This document shows, piece after piece, positions 50,026 to 63,608 of a DNA stretch of 64,000 nucleotides. A program made the translations under genes and the position numbers. Every line of letters starts with the position of its first letter. Position 1 is the stretch's first letter. The stretch lies in NCBI GenBank assembly GCA_951406725.2, contig OX597840.1:22382001-22446000 (forward strand), read 5' to 3'. Under the pieces are notes generated by a model. It saw only the letters and a list, made by a program, of their open reading frames with translations, had not been told where the DNA came from and searched no databases. This DNA comes from Octopus vulgaris. Lineage: Eukaryota.

Positions 50026-50739
50026 TAAAGATGAGTAATAATGAGACATGTAATACGATGCACACACATCTTCTGTGAGTGTTTGTGTGTGTGATTCTGC
50101 AACTTGCAGAAACCTGCAGATTTCTTTTACATCTGATAGGAATAGAACAGAATGACAGAGAGAGAGAAATTTGATATTTTTTCCAATGTGTTGGGTATTT
50201 TTAAAAGTGCTACCAGACTGGTTAAATAAATATGTGTGGTGGTGGTGGTGCATGTATGACTTTCCCTCTTCAATATTTGGGGCGCGGGGTGGGGTGGGGG
50301 ATAAAATAGTGCAGCTGCCTTGTCTTGCTGGGCACTGATTGACTGCAGAAGGAGTTTTGTTTAAAATGCACACAGTTGTGGTATAAACTTTGACAGTTTG
50401 ACCTTCTCTGCCATAAATCATTCAGGTCTTGCTCTATTTCTGTATTTTAGTAAAAAAGATGTCATTTTGGTTTTATTCTTTTCTGCTGGTAACTGGCAGA
50501 ATTGGTAGAGCATCACACACAATGCCTTGGGTTTTTGTTAGGTATCTTCATGTTCAAATCTTGCTCTGGTTGACTTAGCTTCTTTTTCTTCTTCTTCTGA
50601 GAGCAAGTGTGGTGTGCTATAGCCCTGGGCTGACCAAGTTCTTCTGAGTGGTTTTGGTAGGCAGTAACTGAAAGAAACTCATGTGTGTTAGAGAGTGAAT
50701 GAGGGAAAGAGGGAGGTTTGATTCAGCTCCCTGCCCATT

Positions 50740-50929
50740 TTAACCCTTTCGTTACTGAATTCATTTGGAGATGCTCTGTAAAATAACTTGGTAATCATTA
50801 AGCTAGTGTTAGGAACATAAATTGTGACTAAGGTATGGTGGAAGATTTTAATTCAGAACTTATGAAAATGAGACATTTGTACTACAGAGCCAGAGCTGGT
50901 TTCAGCCAGGTTGATATCAAAAGGGTTAA
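50740..50929. mobile_element. piggyBac-like MITE family 2
   Basis: TTAA-CCCTTTCGTTAC ... GATATCAAAAGGG-TTAA ends. Confidence 0.7.
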
Positions 50930-51210
50930 ATGATAAATATAACTCCTACTAAATGTGTTGAATACTTTTTTTTTGTCCACTCGTGTGTGTGTGTCTCATC
51001 ATCATTTAATGTTTGCTTTCCCTACTGGCATGGGTTGGACAGTTTGACAGGAGCTGGGTAAGGCAGAAGACTGCACCAGGCTTCAGTGTCTGTTTTGGCA
51101 TGTTTTTTTATGGCTGGATGCCTTTCCTAACACCAACCATCATGCAGAGTTGATCAAGTGCTTTTTACATGATGCCACCATAGGCGAGGTGGCATCAAAA
51201 TATATATATA

Positions 51211-51268
<58 letters not shown>

Positions 51269-51270
51269 TA

Positions 51271-53179
51271 GCCATGGGTGAAGCAGAAAAGAAGTTTGCC
51301 AATGTCCAGTGACGTGAGGACCAAAGAATTGAGGTATTTCGAATTGCTAGACAGTGTGTTAGAGAAAATTGTGATGTCACAGGAGAGAAATGCGTCTGCA
51401 TGGATGATGGGGCACTTGCTTTTAATGTTTCTGAAAAGAAAGAGGCTTGGAGAAGCCATTATGAAAGACTGCTGAATGTGGAGAATGAATGGGAGGAGGA
51501 GAGCCTGCCAAATGTTGACCCAGTAGAGGGACCAGCTATCCCAATAGACAGCTCCCTAGTAGATAAGTCAATTAAAGGTATGAAACCAGGAAAAGCTCCC
51601 GGCCCATCAGGAATCACTGCTGAGATACTTAAAACATCTGGTGGTATGGGCTATGGCCTAGTCACCCGCATTGCAAACCAGGTAGTTCATGATGGAGTCA
51701 TACCCAATGACTGGCGTAGCAGCACCATAGTCAACTGCTACAAGAGTATAGGTGATGCTCTAGATAGAAATAACTACAAGGGATCAGGTAATGAAGGTTA
51801 GGGAGAGAGTCTGCTTAGATGATAAGCAGTTCGGTTTTGTTCCGGGTAGAAGCACCACTGATGCCATATTCCTGGTTCGACAACTGCAGGAGTAATACCT
51901 AGCTAAAGATAAACCCCTCTACCTAGCTTTTGTGGAATTGGAGAAAGCCTTTGACAGGGTCTGCTGATCCCTTATCTGGTGGGCAATGTAGAAATTGGAG
52001 ATTGACGAATGGTTGATAAGGGCTGTACAGGCCCTATACAGAGAGGCTGTTAGTAAGGTTAGGATTGGCAATGAGTATAGTGAAGAATTCCAGGTAGAAA
52101 TAGGGGTCCACCAAGGTTCAGCCCTCAGTCCCCTTTTATTCATCATAGTCCTCCAGGCAATAACAGAGGAATTCAAGATGGGTTGCCCCTGGGAGCTCCT
52201 CTGTGCTGATGACCTGGCCCTCATAGCAGAATCACTACCGGAACTAGAAAAGAAATTTCGGGTGTGGAAGCTAGGTTTAGAATCAAAAGGCCTTAGAGTC
52301 AATGTAGCAAAGTTATAGTAAGTAGGAAGGCGAACTCATCATACACCTTCTTATGTAGGTAGCCCTGCTCGATCTGTAGAAAAATTGTAGGTAGAAACTC
52401 CATAAGATGTACCCAGTTTAGGCTATAGACACATAAAAGGTGCAGCAACATCAAAGGAAAATTAACCGAGAAGATAGCTTATGTGTGCAGCAGATGCACA
52501 AGAGCAATAGACACCACAAATACTCAGAAAACAGATTCCATCATGCTCCAGGGGGAGAAACTAGAAGTGGTTGATAGTTTCCGCTACCTAGGTGACCAAG
52601 TTAGTATTGAGGGTGGATGTTCAGCGAATATTACCACTAGAATAAGAATAGCCTGGGCAAAGTTTAGAAAGCTTCTACCCCTACTAGTGACAAAGGGTCT
52701 CTTGCTCAGAGTGAAAGGTAGATTGTACGATGCATGTGTGCGAACTGCCATGCTTCACGGTAGTGAAATATGGGCTGTGACTGCAGAGGACATGCGTAGA
52801 CTTGAAAGAAATGAAGCTAGCATGATCTGCTGGATGTGTAATGTCAGTGTGCACATACAACAGAGTGTAAGCACCCTGAGAGAAATGCTGGACATAAGAA
52901 GCATTGGATGTGGTGTGCAAGAGAGATGTTTGCGCTGGTATGGTCATGTACTATGGATGGAATAGAAATTGTAGTTGGATACCTGTGCTGGTGGCACGTA
53001 AAAAGCACCCACTACACTCATGGAGTGGTTGGCGTTAGGAAGGGCATCCAGCCGTAGAAACATTGCCAAATCAGACTGTAGCTAGGTGCAGCCTCTTGGC
53101 TTCCCAGACCCCGGTCGAACCGTCCAACCCATTCTAGCATGGAAAACGGATGTTAAACGATGATGGTGATGATGATGAT
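51271..53179 (+). mobile_element. 5'-truncated, decayed RTE-clade LINE (RT region, internal deletion before the 3' tail)
   Basis: KAPGPSGI, LEKAFDRV, GVHQGSALSPLLF, LLCADDLAL, FRYLG and RWYGHV motifs, with stops and frameshifts. Ends in a (GAT)n tail. Confidence 0.93.
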
Positions 53180-54803
53180 ATATATATATAAATATGGTTC
53201 AAAATTGTACAATCAAACAAGACATGGACAGGTGAGAGGATAACAAAATGTATTAGTTTGACTCTGAAATATTAGGAGAGTCTTTGATGTTTTGAGCCTG
53301 TGCTCTTTGATGGAAACAAATGAGGAAAGAAAACAGAGAAAAGACATACGTGTGTGTGTGTGTTTGTGTCTCCTTGGGGTATGTGTAAATGAGTGCCGCT
53401 GTTATATATGCTGTATCATTCATTTTCAACATTCTGTGAGAACATGTCTGGCCATGAGGAAATATTACTTTGCTTGTAAGAGAAGGTTGGTGAGAGGAAG
53501 GGCATTCATCATATGTATGAAAATCTATTTCAGTAAACTTCATCTGCTCTGTTCAAGCATGGAAATGTAGATGTTAAAATGATTATGATGTTGATAAAAT
53601 AAATACTAGACAAAGTATGGGTGCCTATATAACTGACTTTACCTTTGAGAGCAGTGCCCTAGCATGGCTACTGTCCAATAAGTGAAAGCAGTGAAAGAAT
53701 AAACTTTTGTTCTGGGCTTTAAGAGGTTATGGAGAGGTCATTGCTCTGTTAATGTCATAGTTTGTGAAAGCCAGTGTATTGTTTAGTAATTGGCACAAAG
53801 TGAATATTTGATGGTTCTGATTGTTTTAAAAATACTGACTGAAGCTGGTCTGTGGGAGGTGCGATGTTGAAATTATACCCTGTCAGTAAGACAGCTTGCT
53901 GACCTAAAACAATATGGCATAGAGGGAGAGAAAGAGATGGGTGAGCTAGAAGCTAAAGTTTGTTGATGAAAATGAAAGAGTTTAGTGTGAAGAGTGAAAA
54001 TGTTCACGTTTTGAACATTTGTCCTTGCTTAGAAACAAACTTTTGGTCATAGGTGTACTTAATGAAAGAGGAAGCTTGACCTAGTGGTTAGGGTGCTGCA
54101 CTCATGATGCAAGATCAGGGGTTTCAATTCCTAGACCAGGCGGTGTGTTGTGTTCTTGAGCAAAACATGTTGCTCTGATCACATTGACACCTGACATGTG
54201 GTACACCATACACCTCTTCAGGTAATATTGAATTGATGGAAGGCAGTGAGCTCATGTACAACACAAACTTTGATCATTATAAACAAGTCATTGGTCAAAA
54301 AAGCTGAACGCTCAGATGTTGTCTTTGATAGGAGAGTCCATCTTCATATATCCTGGATGAAAACTGACCTGTGACTGAATAATATTGTTTGTGTACATGT
54401 ATGTATTCATCATCATCCCCATTGTGTAACATCTGCTTTCCATGCTGGCATGGGTTGGACGGTTTCACTGAGGACTGCCAAGCCAGGAGGCTGCACCAGG
54501 CTCCAACCTGATCTGGCAAGGTTTCTACAGCTGGATGCCCTTCCTGCCGCCAACTAATCTGAGAATGTTGTGGATACTTTTTACATGTCACTGGCATCAA
54601 CCATGCTTGAATAGTGCTTTTTATGTGCCACTGGTATGGGTACCAGTATACACCTATACTTTAATAACTCCTAATGTACAAGCTAACAAAGGAATTTCAA
54701 GTATCAACAAAAAAAAAGTTTATTGCCTGGTCATTCTTACTTCCCAAATCAGGGGTTCTCAACCCTTTTTTTTTTTATCTATGGACACCTTTGCTTACTA
54801 TAG

Positions 54804-55025
54804 TATGAGTGGGTGCTGAAAAGTTCCTGGCTTTGGGTAAAAGAAAATAAAGGAGGATTGGTTAATTATGATTTTTATGCAACATATTCTCCTCAGATTC
54901 ACACACTTATTGCAGCGGTCCTTCAGTTTTTCTAAGCCCTGTAAAAGAATGTGGAAGGTTGATCCTCTAACCAAGTCTTTCACAATACCCATAAAGCCAG
55001 TAACTTTTTTCAGCACCCCCTTGTA
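54804..55025 (-). mobile_element. Short mariner-derived element with TIRs and TA duplication, inserted in a SINE
   Basis: TA-TGAGTGGGTGCTGAAAAGTTCCTGGCTTT ... AAAGCCAGTAACTTTTTTCAGCACCCCCTTG-TA. Minus-strand remnant LQGLEKLKDRCNKCVNLR. Confidence 0.8.
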
Positions 55026-55649
55026 GAAGATACTTACTCAAGGTGCTATGCAATGGGACTGAACCCAGAACCATGTGGTTAGGAAGCAAGCTTCTTACCA
55101 CACAGTCACGCTTTTACATTTACAAGCCTGAAATTAGTCAATATAAGAGAAATGACCCACCTCTGGAAGTTGAACCACTGCATTACCAATTCACAATTAA
55201 GTACCTCCAGAAAATGTGTGTTCATAAATGTCTTACTGGATAAGCTAATATTGTTTGTGTCTACTTATCTCTTATGAGGATCATAAAAGTATTATTAACC
55301 AGTTAATCTCCAAGCAGACAGCTCACTTCAGGGTTGCATAATAGAAGCATATTGCACTGAATTGTCATAAAAGTTGCTGTTCTACTGTGATATACAGAAG
55401 AGTGACTTTGTATATTTGCATTCAAACCTCCTGGAACATATTGGATATATGCTTTATAGGTGTAGGCGTGGCTGTGTGAGTTTGTTTGTGTTTGTAATCA
55501 TGCAGTTGGCAGAAACATGCAGCTTCATGTAACTCCTAAATGGTTCTGGGTTCAGTCCCACTGTTTGGCACCTTGAACAAGTGTCTTCTACTACAGCCTC
55601 TAGTTTATTAGACACTAACCAAAAGAAGCCCATTGTGTGTGTGTGTGTG

Positions 55650-56310
55650 TCATCATCGTTTAATGCCTGCTTTCCATGCTGGCATGCGTTGGACAATTTG
55701 ACTGCGGACTGGCAAGTTAGGACGCTGCACCAGGCTCCAATCTGATCTGGCAAGATTTCTACAGTTGAACGCCCTTCCTAACGCCAACCACTCTGAGAGT
55801 AGAGTGGGTGCTTTTCACGTACCATGGATATGGGTACCAGTCAGGCAATATTGAAATCAGCCATGACAACAATTTCACTTATGATTTGACTGGGGACTGG
55901 CAAATCAGATGGCTGCACCAGGCTCCAATCTGATCTGGCAGAGTTTCTACAGCTGGATGCCCTTCCTAATGCCAACCACTCCGAGAGTGTAGTGGGTGCT
56001 TTTACATTCCACCGGCACAACGGCCAGTCTGGCGGTACTGGCAACGGCCACACTCAAATGGTGTTTTTTACGTGCCACCTGCACAAGAGGCAGTCTAATG
56101 GAACTGGCAATGACCTCACTTGAATGTTTTTCACGTGCCACCGGCATGGAAGCCAGCCGTCTGCTCTGGCAATGATCACACTCAGATGGTGCTCTTAGTG
56201 CTCCACTGGCACAGGTGCCAGTCATCGAATTTGATTCGATTTTGATTTCACTTGCCTCACCAGATCTTCACAAGCAGAGTTTAGTGTCTAATGAAGGAAA
56301 GGTACTCATA
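55650..56310 (-). mobile_element. Two adjacent RTE 3'UTR/tail copies
   Basis: Both carry the GCCCTTCCTAA.GCCAACCACTC.GAGAGT tail motif; the second extends into the 3'UTR matching about 61500-61900. Confidence 0.75.
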
Positions 56311-59141
56311 AGTATAAATTGATAAATATAGATATCTATATGTGTGTGTGTACCAATATAAAGATGTGAATAACATTAGCTGAGAAACATACAAAAATAC
56401 TAAATGGAAAATATTTATGTATTTTATTATTGTTGTGTTTATTTGCAAGTCACCTCTTGTATTCTGTCTCTTTCATGTCATTTATTTTTTTAAAGTCAAC
56501 CCATTTAGAATGTTACAAGGTTAGAATTACTGTTCTTATCTATTTATTAATATTTCATGTCAAAAATAAATTATAAAAGTGTCAATGGCCGTACGAGGGA
56601 TGACAAGGATTATGGCTAGTGTGGTGTATAGGTGTGTGTGTGGACTGTGCAGGTTGCAGTGCTGGTTACTCACTAAAGAGGACAGTAGCACTGTATTAGT
56701 CTTTGTATGAAATAATCTGTCTAGTGCTAGTATCATCATTAAATACTTTTATGTATTTTAATACACACATATATAGATTCATATATATCTTTTATCTTGT
56801 TTCAGTCCTTTGACTGTAACCACCCTGAGGCACTGCCTTGAAGAATTTTTTTTAGTCAAATAAATCAACCCTAGGACTTTTTTAAAAAATAAAAAACCTA
56901 GTACTCACTGTATTGGCTTCATTTGCCAAACTGCTAAGTTACAGGGATGTAAATGTACCAACCCCAGTTGTCAAGCAGTGGTGGGGGACAAACACATACA
57001 CACAAATAACTTTTTTAGTTTTCATCTACCAAATCCAAGGCTATAGGAGAAGACACTTGAACCACGTAGTTGGGAAGCAAACTTCTTAACACTCAGACAT
57101 GCCAGCACCTAATCATATGTAGATAAGTCAATAAATACAGTGCTGGAGTAAGCATTAAGTAAAATAAGCTTGTGCTTAGGGCATCAAGGGATGTGGGGAT
57201 ACCACAGGAATGGTAATGGCTTATAGCACAAAAGAAATCTCTTTAAACTTGCTAAAATGTAATTTCAAAGTGGTTTACATGATTGGAAATATATAATTTC
57301 AAAGTGTTCCTGGTGTCATTGTGAGGATCTGATCAAAGACTTAGAAATTAAAAATAAAAAGTAAGAGAAAACTTTTCAAATCTAAATAAAGTGAAAGTAT
57401 ACAAAAATATTTTTTTCCATTTTACTGTCAGTTTCGTTTCACTTTAAAAAATTAAAATTTATTTTATTGCTTATTATTTATATTTTGAATTACATATGGT
57501 GAGGTGGGCACCAAATCTTTTAGATGCTTACGGTCTCAATGGGTCTCGATCAAGCTTTGTATTGATAAATATGTACACATGTGCTGGATGCATAAGTTAA
57601 CAGAAGAATTAGGGCTCAGTTTTCACCTAAAATGAAAGGAGGGAGAAAACTTCAAATAAAAATAGTGGACGTATATAAAAATAAACGTTATTTCCTCATT
57701 TTGTTTCACATTGAAAAATAAAAATTTATCCATCATTTAGTATTGTTTATATTTTGAATTACACATGGTGGAGTGGGCACCAAAATATTTTAAATGCTTA
57801 AGGCCTCTAAGGGTCTTAATCTGGCTATGAACAGATACATATATAAATAACATTCCCGATTATAATCATGCAATATCTCTTAGCTTTTGATGATGCAATT
57901 GTTTATTCTTAGAATGATATCGTAGGCTATGTGCAAGAGGCCGGATCTGGTCTGTTTGAACATAGAACAGGTAGAATACTTGAGCCTGTTATAGCTGGTT
58001 TGAATGCTTAAAGGGCTGGAGCAGATTCTCTATGGCCTGATGGGTTTCCTGTCTCTGACCTGCCTTGGTTTCCCCATGACCAAACATGTTTGTGCCAAAT
58101 ATTCGGAAATGAATGGCACTGCTTGTATAACAGTGACAATCATTTACAGCTAACATGTGATGTCAAGACAAGGAGACACAAACAGACAGTATATATATTA
58201 TTATCATCATCTCTTTTACTTGTTTCAGTCAGTAGACTGCAGATGCCTTGAAGGATTTTTATTGAGTGAACTGACCCTAGACCCCACCCCCCAAAACTGG
58301 GTGCTTATTCTATTGGTCTTTTTTGCCAGACAGCTAAGTTATGGGGGCATAAACACACACCAATACCAGTTGTCAAGTGCTGCTAGGACACCCACATAAA
58401 ATGGGCTTTTGGTTTCTATCCACCAAATCCACTCACAAGGCTTTGGTTGGCCCAAGGCTATAGAAGATACCCAAGGTACCACGCAGTGGAGCTGAACCTT
58501 GAACCATCTAGTTGGGAAGCAAACTTCTTAGCACACAACCATGCTTACACTTTTTTCCTTTTTACTTTCTAAGCCAAAATAAAGGAGCAATGTTCATGAC
58601 CTTTGCAGGTCCTCTAAAATTTAAGTGAAACCATACAGGCTTTAGGATGTCAGTCTGTATTAATGTTAGATGTTCAATCTATTTATGTATTTTGACATTT
58701 TGAAACTAATAGTAGCTATGGATTGGTGCAGTTTTTATAACCATAAAATAATGAACAATCTACTATTTATTTTTTTATCTGTCTTTTCTCTCTCTTTCTC
58801 TGTCTCTCTTGAAGAATTTTAGTTGAATAAATTAACCCTAAGGCTTTTTTTAAAAAACCTAGTACTTATTCTATTGATTTCTTTTGCCAAACTACTAAGT
58901 TACGTGGATGTAAATGCACCAACATCAGTTGTCAAGCAGTGGTGGTAGACAGACACTCACATATACAACTTCTTTCAGTTTTCATCTACCAAATCCAATT
59001 TATGTATTTTGATATTTTGAAGCTAATTGTGGCAATGGTGCTGTTCTTTATAAGTATAGAATAATTAACAGTCAGTCCACTATTTATTTGTATATTTGTC
59101 AATCTCTTTATCTTTTCTCTCTCTCTCTCTCTCTCTTTCAG

Positions 59142-59271
59142 TGATCATGAAGGAGGCAATGTCAGTGCCCACACAACTCATCTTGTAGGCAGTGCCCTTT
59201 CTGACCCTTATTTAGCATTTGCAGGAGGAATGAATGGTCTTGCAGGGCCACTTCACGGACTTGCTAATCAG
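59142..59271 (+). CDS. CS: Citrate synthase exon ([44 protein letters not shown]); further exons lie beyond the window
   Basis: (CT)n-TTTCAG acceptor and CAG|GTGACT donor; 130 nt, phase 2/0. Contains the DHEGGN motif and the catalytic-His motif GPLHG. Missed by the ORF track. Confidence 0.98.
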
Positions 59272-59350
59272 GTGACTTTATAACTACCTCTACTCAGTAT
59301 TTTTTATTTTACTTTTATTTTTCCTTTTACTATCTTATTTGTTATTGAGT

Positions 59351-62043
59351 GAAGGACAACCTGCTGAGAGCCACTGACCAGATCTGTGGATGGTGCAAAG
59401 TCCCCTCAAGACCCCAAATAACGTGGTGATGGAACAATATTGTTGACAGGGCTATTAGACAAAAGAAACAGGCTTGGAACGACTGGAAGAACGGTGGTAG
59501 CAGGGAAGTGTATCAGACTGCCAGAAGGGGAGCTAGGAAGCAGGTTTATTTAGCCAAAAAATTTGCCAATGTTCTGAGCCATGAGGATGAAAGACTTGCG
59601 GTATTTTGTGTTGCAAGGCAGTGTGTGAGAGAGAATCGTGATGTGGTAGGAGAGAAATGTGTTTGCATGGATGATGGTTCACTTGCACTAAATGTGGCTG
59701 CAAAGAGAGTGGTTTGGAGACGCCACTATGAAAGGTTGCTGAATAAAGAAAATGAATGGGATAAAGAGAGTCTGCCGCATGTCAACCCAACAGAGGGACC
59801 AGCTATCCGAGTTGACAGTTCTTTGGACGTCAAAGCAATTAGAAGCATGAAGACAGGGAAAGCCCCAGGCCCATCAGGAATTACTGCAGAGATGCTCAAA
59901 ATATCTAGCAGTGTCGGCTATAGCCTAGTCACCCGTATAGTTAATCAGGTGATACACAAAGGAGTCATACCCAATGACAGGTGTAGCAGCATAATAGTTA
60001 ACTGCTACAAAGGTAAAGGTGACGCCCTAGATACAAGTAATTACAGAGGTATCAAGCTGTTGGATCAGGTAATGATGGTTACGGAGAGGGTCATAGCCCA
60101 ACTAATTAGAGAGAGAGTTAGTTTAGATGAGATGCAGTTTGGTTTCGTGCCAGGGAAAACACCACTGATGCCATATTTCTGGTAAGATAGCTGCAAGAGA
60201 AATACCTAGCCAAAGATAAGCCCCTGTACCTGGCTTTCATTGACATGGAGAAAGTCTTTGACAGGGTCCCCCGATCCCTTATCTGGTGGTCAATGAGGAA
60301 ACTAGGGATAGATGAATGGTTAGTGAGAGCTGTGCAAGCCATGTACAGGGACACTGTAAGTAATGTAAGGGTTGGCAACGAGTACACTGAAGAATTCAGG
60401 GTAGAAGTTGGGGTCCACCCGGGTTCAGTCCTCAGCCCCCGCCTATTTATTATAGTCCTCCAGGCAATAACGGAGGAATTCCAGACAGGATGCCCCTGAG
60501 AGTCCTCTATGCTGATGACCTTGCTCTAATCGCTGAGTTGCTATCAGAACTAGAGGAGAAGTTTCAAGTTTGGAAACAAGGATTAGAATCGGAGGGCCTT
60601 AGAATCAACCTAGCTAAAACCAAAGTCCTAATAAGTAGGAAGGTAAGCAAACCACAAATCCCTTCAGGTAGATGGCCCTGCTTGATCTGTAGTAGAGGCG
60701 TAGGTAGAAACTCTATAAGGCGTACCCAGTATAAGCTATGGACACAAAAGAGGTGCAGTAATATCAAAGGAAGGCTAACTGGGAAGATAGTTTTTGTATG
60801 TGACAGATGCTCGGGAGCGATAAACACTGAAAATGCACAGAGACCATCTTCCGCCACATTCCAGAGAGAAAAACTAGAAGTAATTGATTGCGTCCGTTAT
60901 CTAGGTGACCAAATCAGTAGTGGAGAAGGGTGCACTGAAAGTGTAGCTGCTAGAATAAGAATAGCTTGGGCAAAGTTCAGAGAGCTCTTACCTCTGCTGG
61001 TGACAAAGGGCCTCTCGCTCAGAGTAAAAGGTAGACTGTTTGATGCATGTGTACGAAAAACCATGCTACACAGCAGTGAAACATGGGCTGTGACTGCTGA
61101 GGATGCATAAGCTCGCAAGGAATGAAGCCAGTATGATCCGATGGATGTGTAATGTCAGTGTGCATACTCGACAGAATGTAAGTACCTTGAGAGAAAAGTT
61201 GGACCAAAGAAGTATCAGATGTGGTGTGCAAGAGACGACTGCGCTGGTATGGTCACGTGGCGAGAATGGATGTGGATAGCTGTGTGAAAAAGTGTAACAC
61301 CCTAGCAGTTGAGGGAACCTGTGGAAGAGGTAGACCCAGGAAGACCTGGGATGAAATGGTGAAGCACGACCTTCAAACATTAGGCCTCACCAAGGAAATG
61401 ACTAGCGACTGAGACCTTTGGAAATATGCTGTGCTCGAGAAGATCCGGCAAGCCAGATGAGACCATAACCCATGGCCTATGCCAGGAGCATAACCACCCC
61501 GCTTATGCGTATTCCTTTTTTGGTCATTAAACTTTGCTTGCGAAGACCTGTTGAGGCAAGTGAAATCAATCAATCAAAATCAAAATAATTTCGATGACTG
61601 GCATCCGTGCTAGCGGGGTGCAAAGAGCACCATACGAGTGTGATCGTTGACATAGCAGCTAGTTGAGTATGATTGTTACCAGTGTCGCCTTACTGGCACT
61701 TATGCCTGTGCTAGTAGGGTGCCAAGAACACCATCCGAGCGTGATCATTGCCAGAGCAGATCGTTACCAATGTCGCTTCACTGGCACCTGTGCCGGTGGA
61801 ATGTGTAAAAAGATTCGAGCGAGGTCATTGCCAGTACCGCCTGACTGGCCCCCGTGCAGGTGGCACATAAAAGCACCCACTACACTCTCGGAGTGGTTGG
61901 CGTTAGGAAGGGCATCCAGCTGTAGAAACTCTGCCAGATCAAGACTGGAGTCTGGTGCAGCCATCTGGTTGCCAGCCCTCAGTCAAAATCGTCCAACCCA
62001 TGCTAGCATGGAAAACGGACGTTAAATGATAATGATGATGATG
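59351..62043 (+). mobile_element. 5'-truncated RTE-clade LINE with complete RT region, 3'UTR and (GAT)n tail
   Basis: KAPGPSGI, YKGKGDA..NYRGIKLL, QFGFVPG, LYADDLAL, VRYLG, RLRWYGHV and GRGRPRKTW motifs, with frameshifts and stops. Same family as 51271-53179. Confidence 0.95.
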
Positions 62044-63232
62044 AAGGTGCATAGCTCAGTGGTTAGAACGTTGGGCTTACAATTGTGAGATTGTGAGTTC
62101 AATTCCTGGACTGGACTGTGTGTTGTGTTCTTAAGACACTTTATTTCATGTTACTCCAGTTCTACTGAGCTGCAGAAATGAGTTGCAATGTCACTGGTGC
62201 CAAACTGCATCAGTTTTTGCTTTTCCTTTGGAGAGGGGAGCCTGTTATGCATGGATGACTGCTGGTTTTCCATAAACAATCTGGACTTGTGCCTCCAAGG
62301 GGAACTTTCTAGGTGCAATCCCATGGTCATTCAAGACCAAAGGGGTCTTTACTCTTTTATCGTGTGTGTGTGTGTGAAGGTGCATAGCTCAGTGGTTAGA
62401 GCATTGGCCTCACAATCATGAGGTTGTGAGTTCAATTCCTGGACCAGGTTGTGTTGGGTGTCATTCATGACTGTACCGGGGTCTTTTTACCTTTGTTATT
62501 ATGTGGAATTTGTTGTGAATTCAATTCTGGATTCAAATATTCAATCTCTGCTGAAACCAACTTTGCCTTTCATTCTTTGGAGGTTGATGATTACCAGCCA
62601 AATAGCCTTTCCCTTCCCATGCCAGTTCGTTATATTCATCATTGGTAAGATGGCTAAATCATTAGAGCATTGGAGAAAATGCTGACTGGCATTTCTTCCA
62701 GCTATCTTCATTCTGAGTTCAAATAATGCTGAGGTCAATGGTCTCAACCAACTCTCTTTCCCTAAAATTGCTGGCTTTTTGCTGAAATGTGAAACTATTC
62801 TTCATCATCGTCATTTAATATCCAATTTCCATGCTGGCATGGGTTGGATGGTTTGACTGAGAACTGGCAGGCCGGGAGGCTGCACCAAGCTTCAATCTAA
62901 TTTGGCAAAAGCCAAAACATTTGGGCGGTGAACTGGCAGAATCGTTAGCACTCTGGGTGAAGTGTTTAGCAGTATTTTATGTGTCTTCATGTTCTCAGTT
63001 CAAATTCCGCTGAGGTCAACTTTACCTTTCAGGATTGATACAATAAGTACCAGCTGAGTGCTGGGTCAATGTAATTGGCTATCCCCCCTCCCCCCACATC
63101 TTAAGCCTTGTAGCTTTAGTAGAAAGGATTATTATTATTATTATTATTTGGTAGTGGTAGTAGTAGTTGTAGTACCACCTATAGTCGAAAGGATTGTTAA
63201 TGATAACAATAACTTTCTTTTATACCTTAGAG

Positions 63233-63608
63233 CAGTGTTTCTCAGTCATTTTTTTATGGCCTGCTTTGGTTTCTAATTTACTCTTATGGACCCTCATATC
63301 CTTTTGATGTTTAAAAAATTATATTTTTATGATTAAATATTATGAATTGAATTTAAAATAAAAAATTCTGTTCATATAGATTGTTAGTGGTTGAGCTTCT
63401 CATTAAAACTTGGGTTTGTTTAAAGGATTTTGTTGATGCCCTATTTACTACTCAAATGTGAAACAAATTTTATCTTTGTTCAGATGTTGCAATGACAAAC
63501 AAATCATTCCATATATGTATATCATATATATTCTCTTTGTCTCTGTTATTTTGTGTGCTTTAGAAGTCTAACAATTTATCTTATATTAACCCCTGTTGAG
63601 AATCACTG
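63233..63608. mobile_element. hAT (Charlie-like) MITE
   Basis: Ends CAGTGTTTCTCAG ... TTGAGAATCACTG; perfect 8-bp TSD CCTTAGAG at 63225-63232 and 63609-63616. Confidence 0.85.

Noticed and set aside
59351-62043. Active or domesticated reverse transcriptase gene
   Set aside because: Multiple frameshifts and stops, and no endonuclease domain. The 51271 copy is similarly broken.
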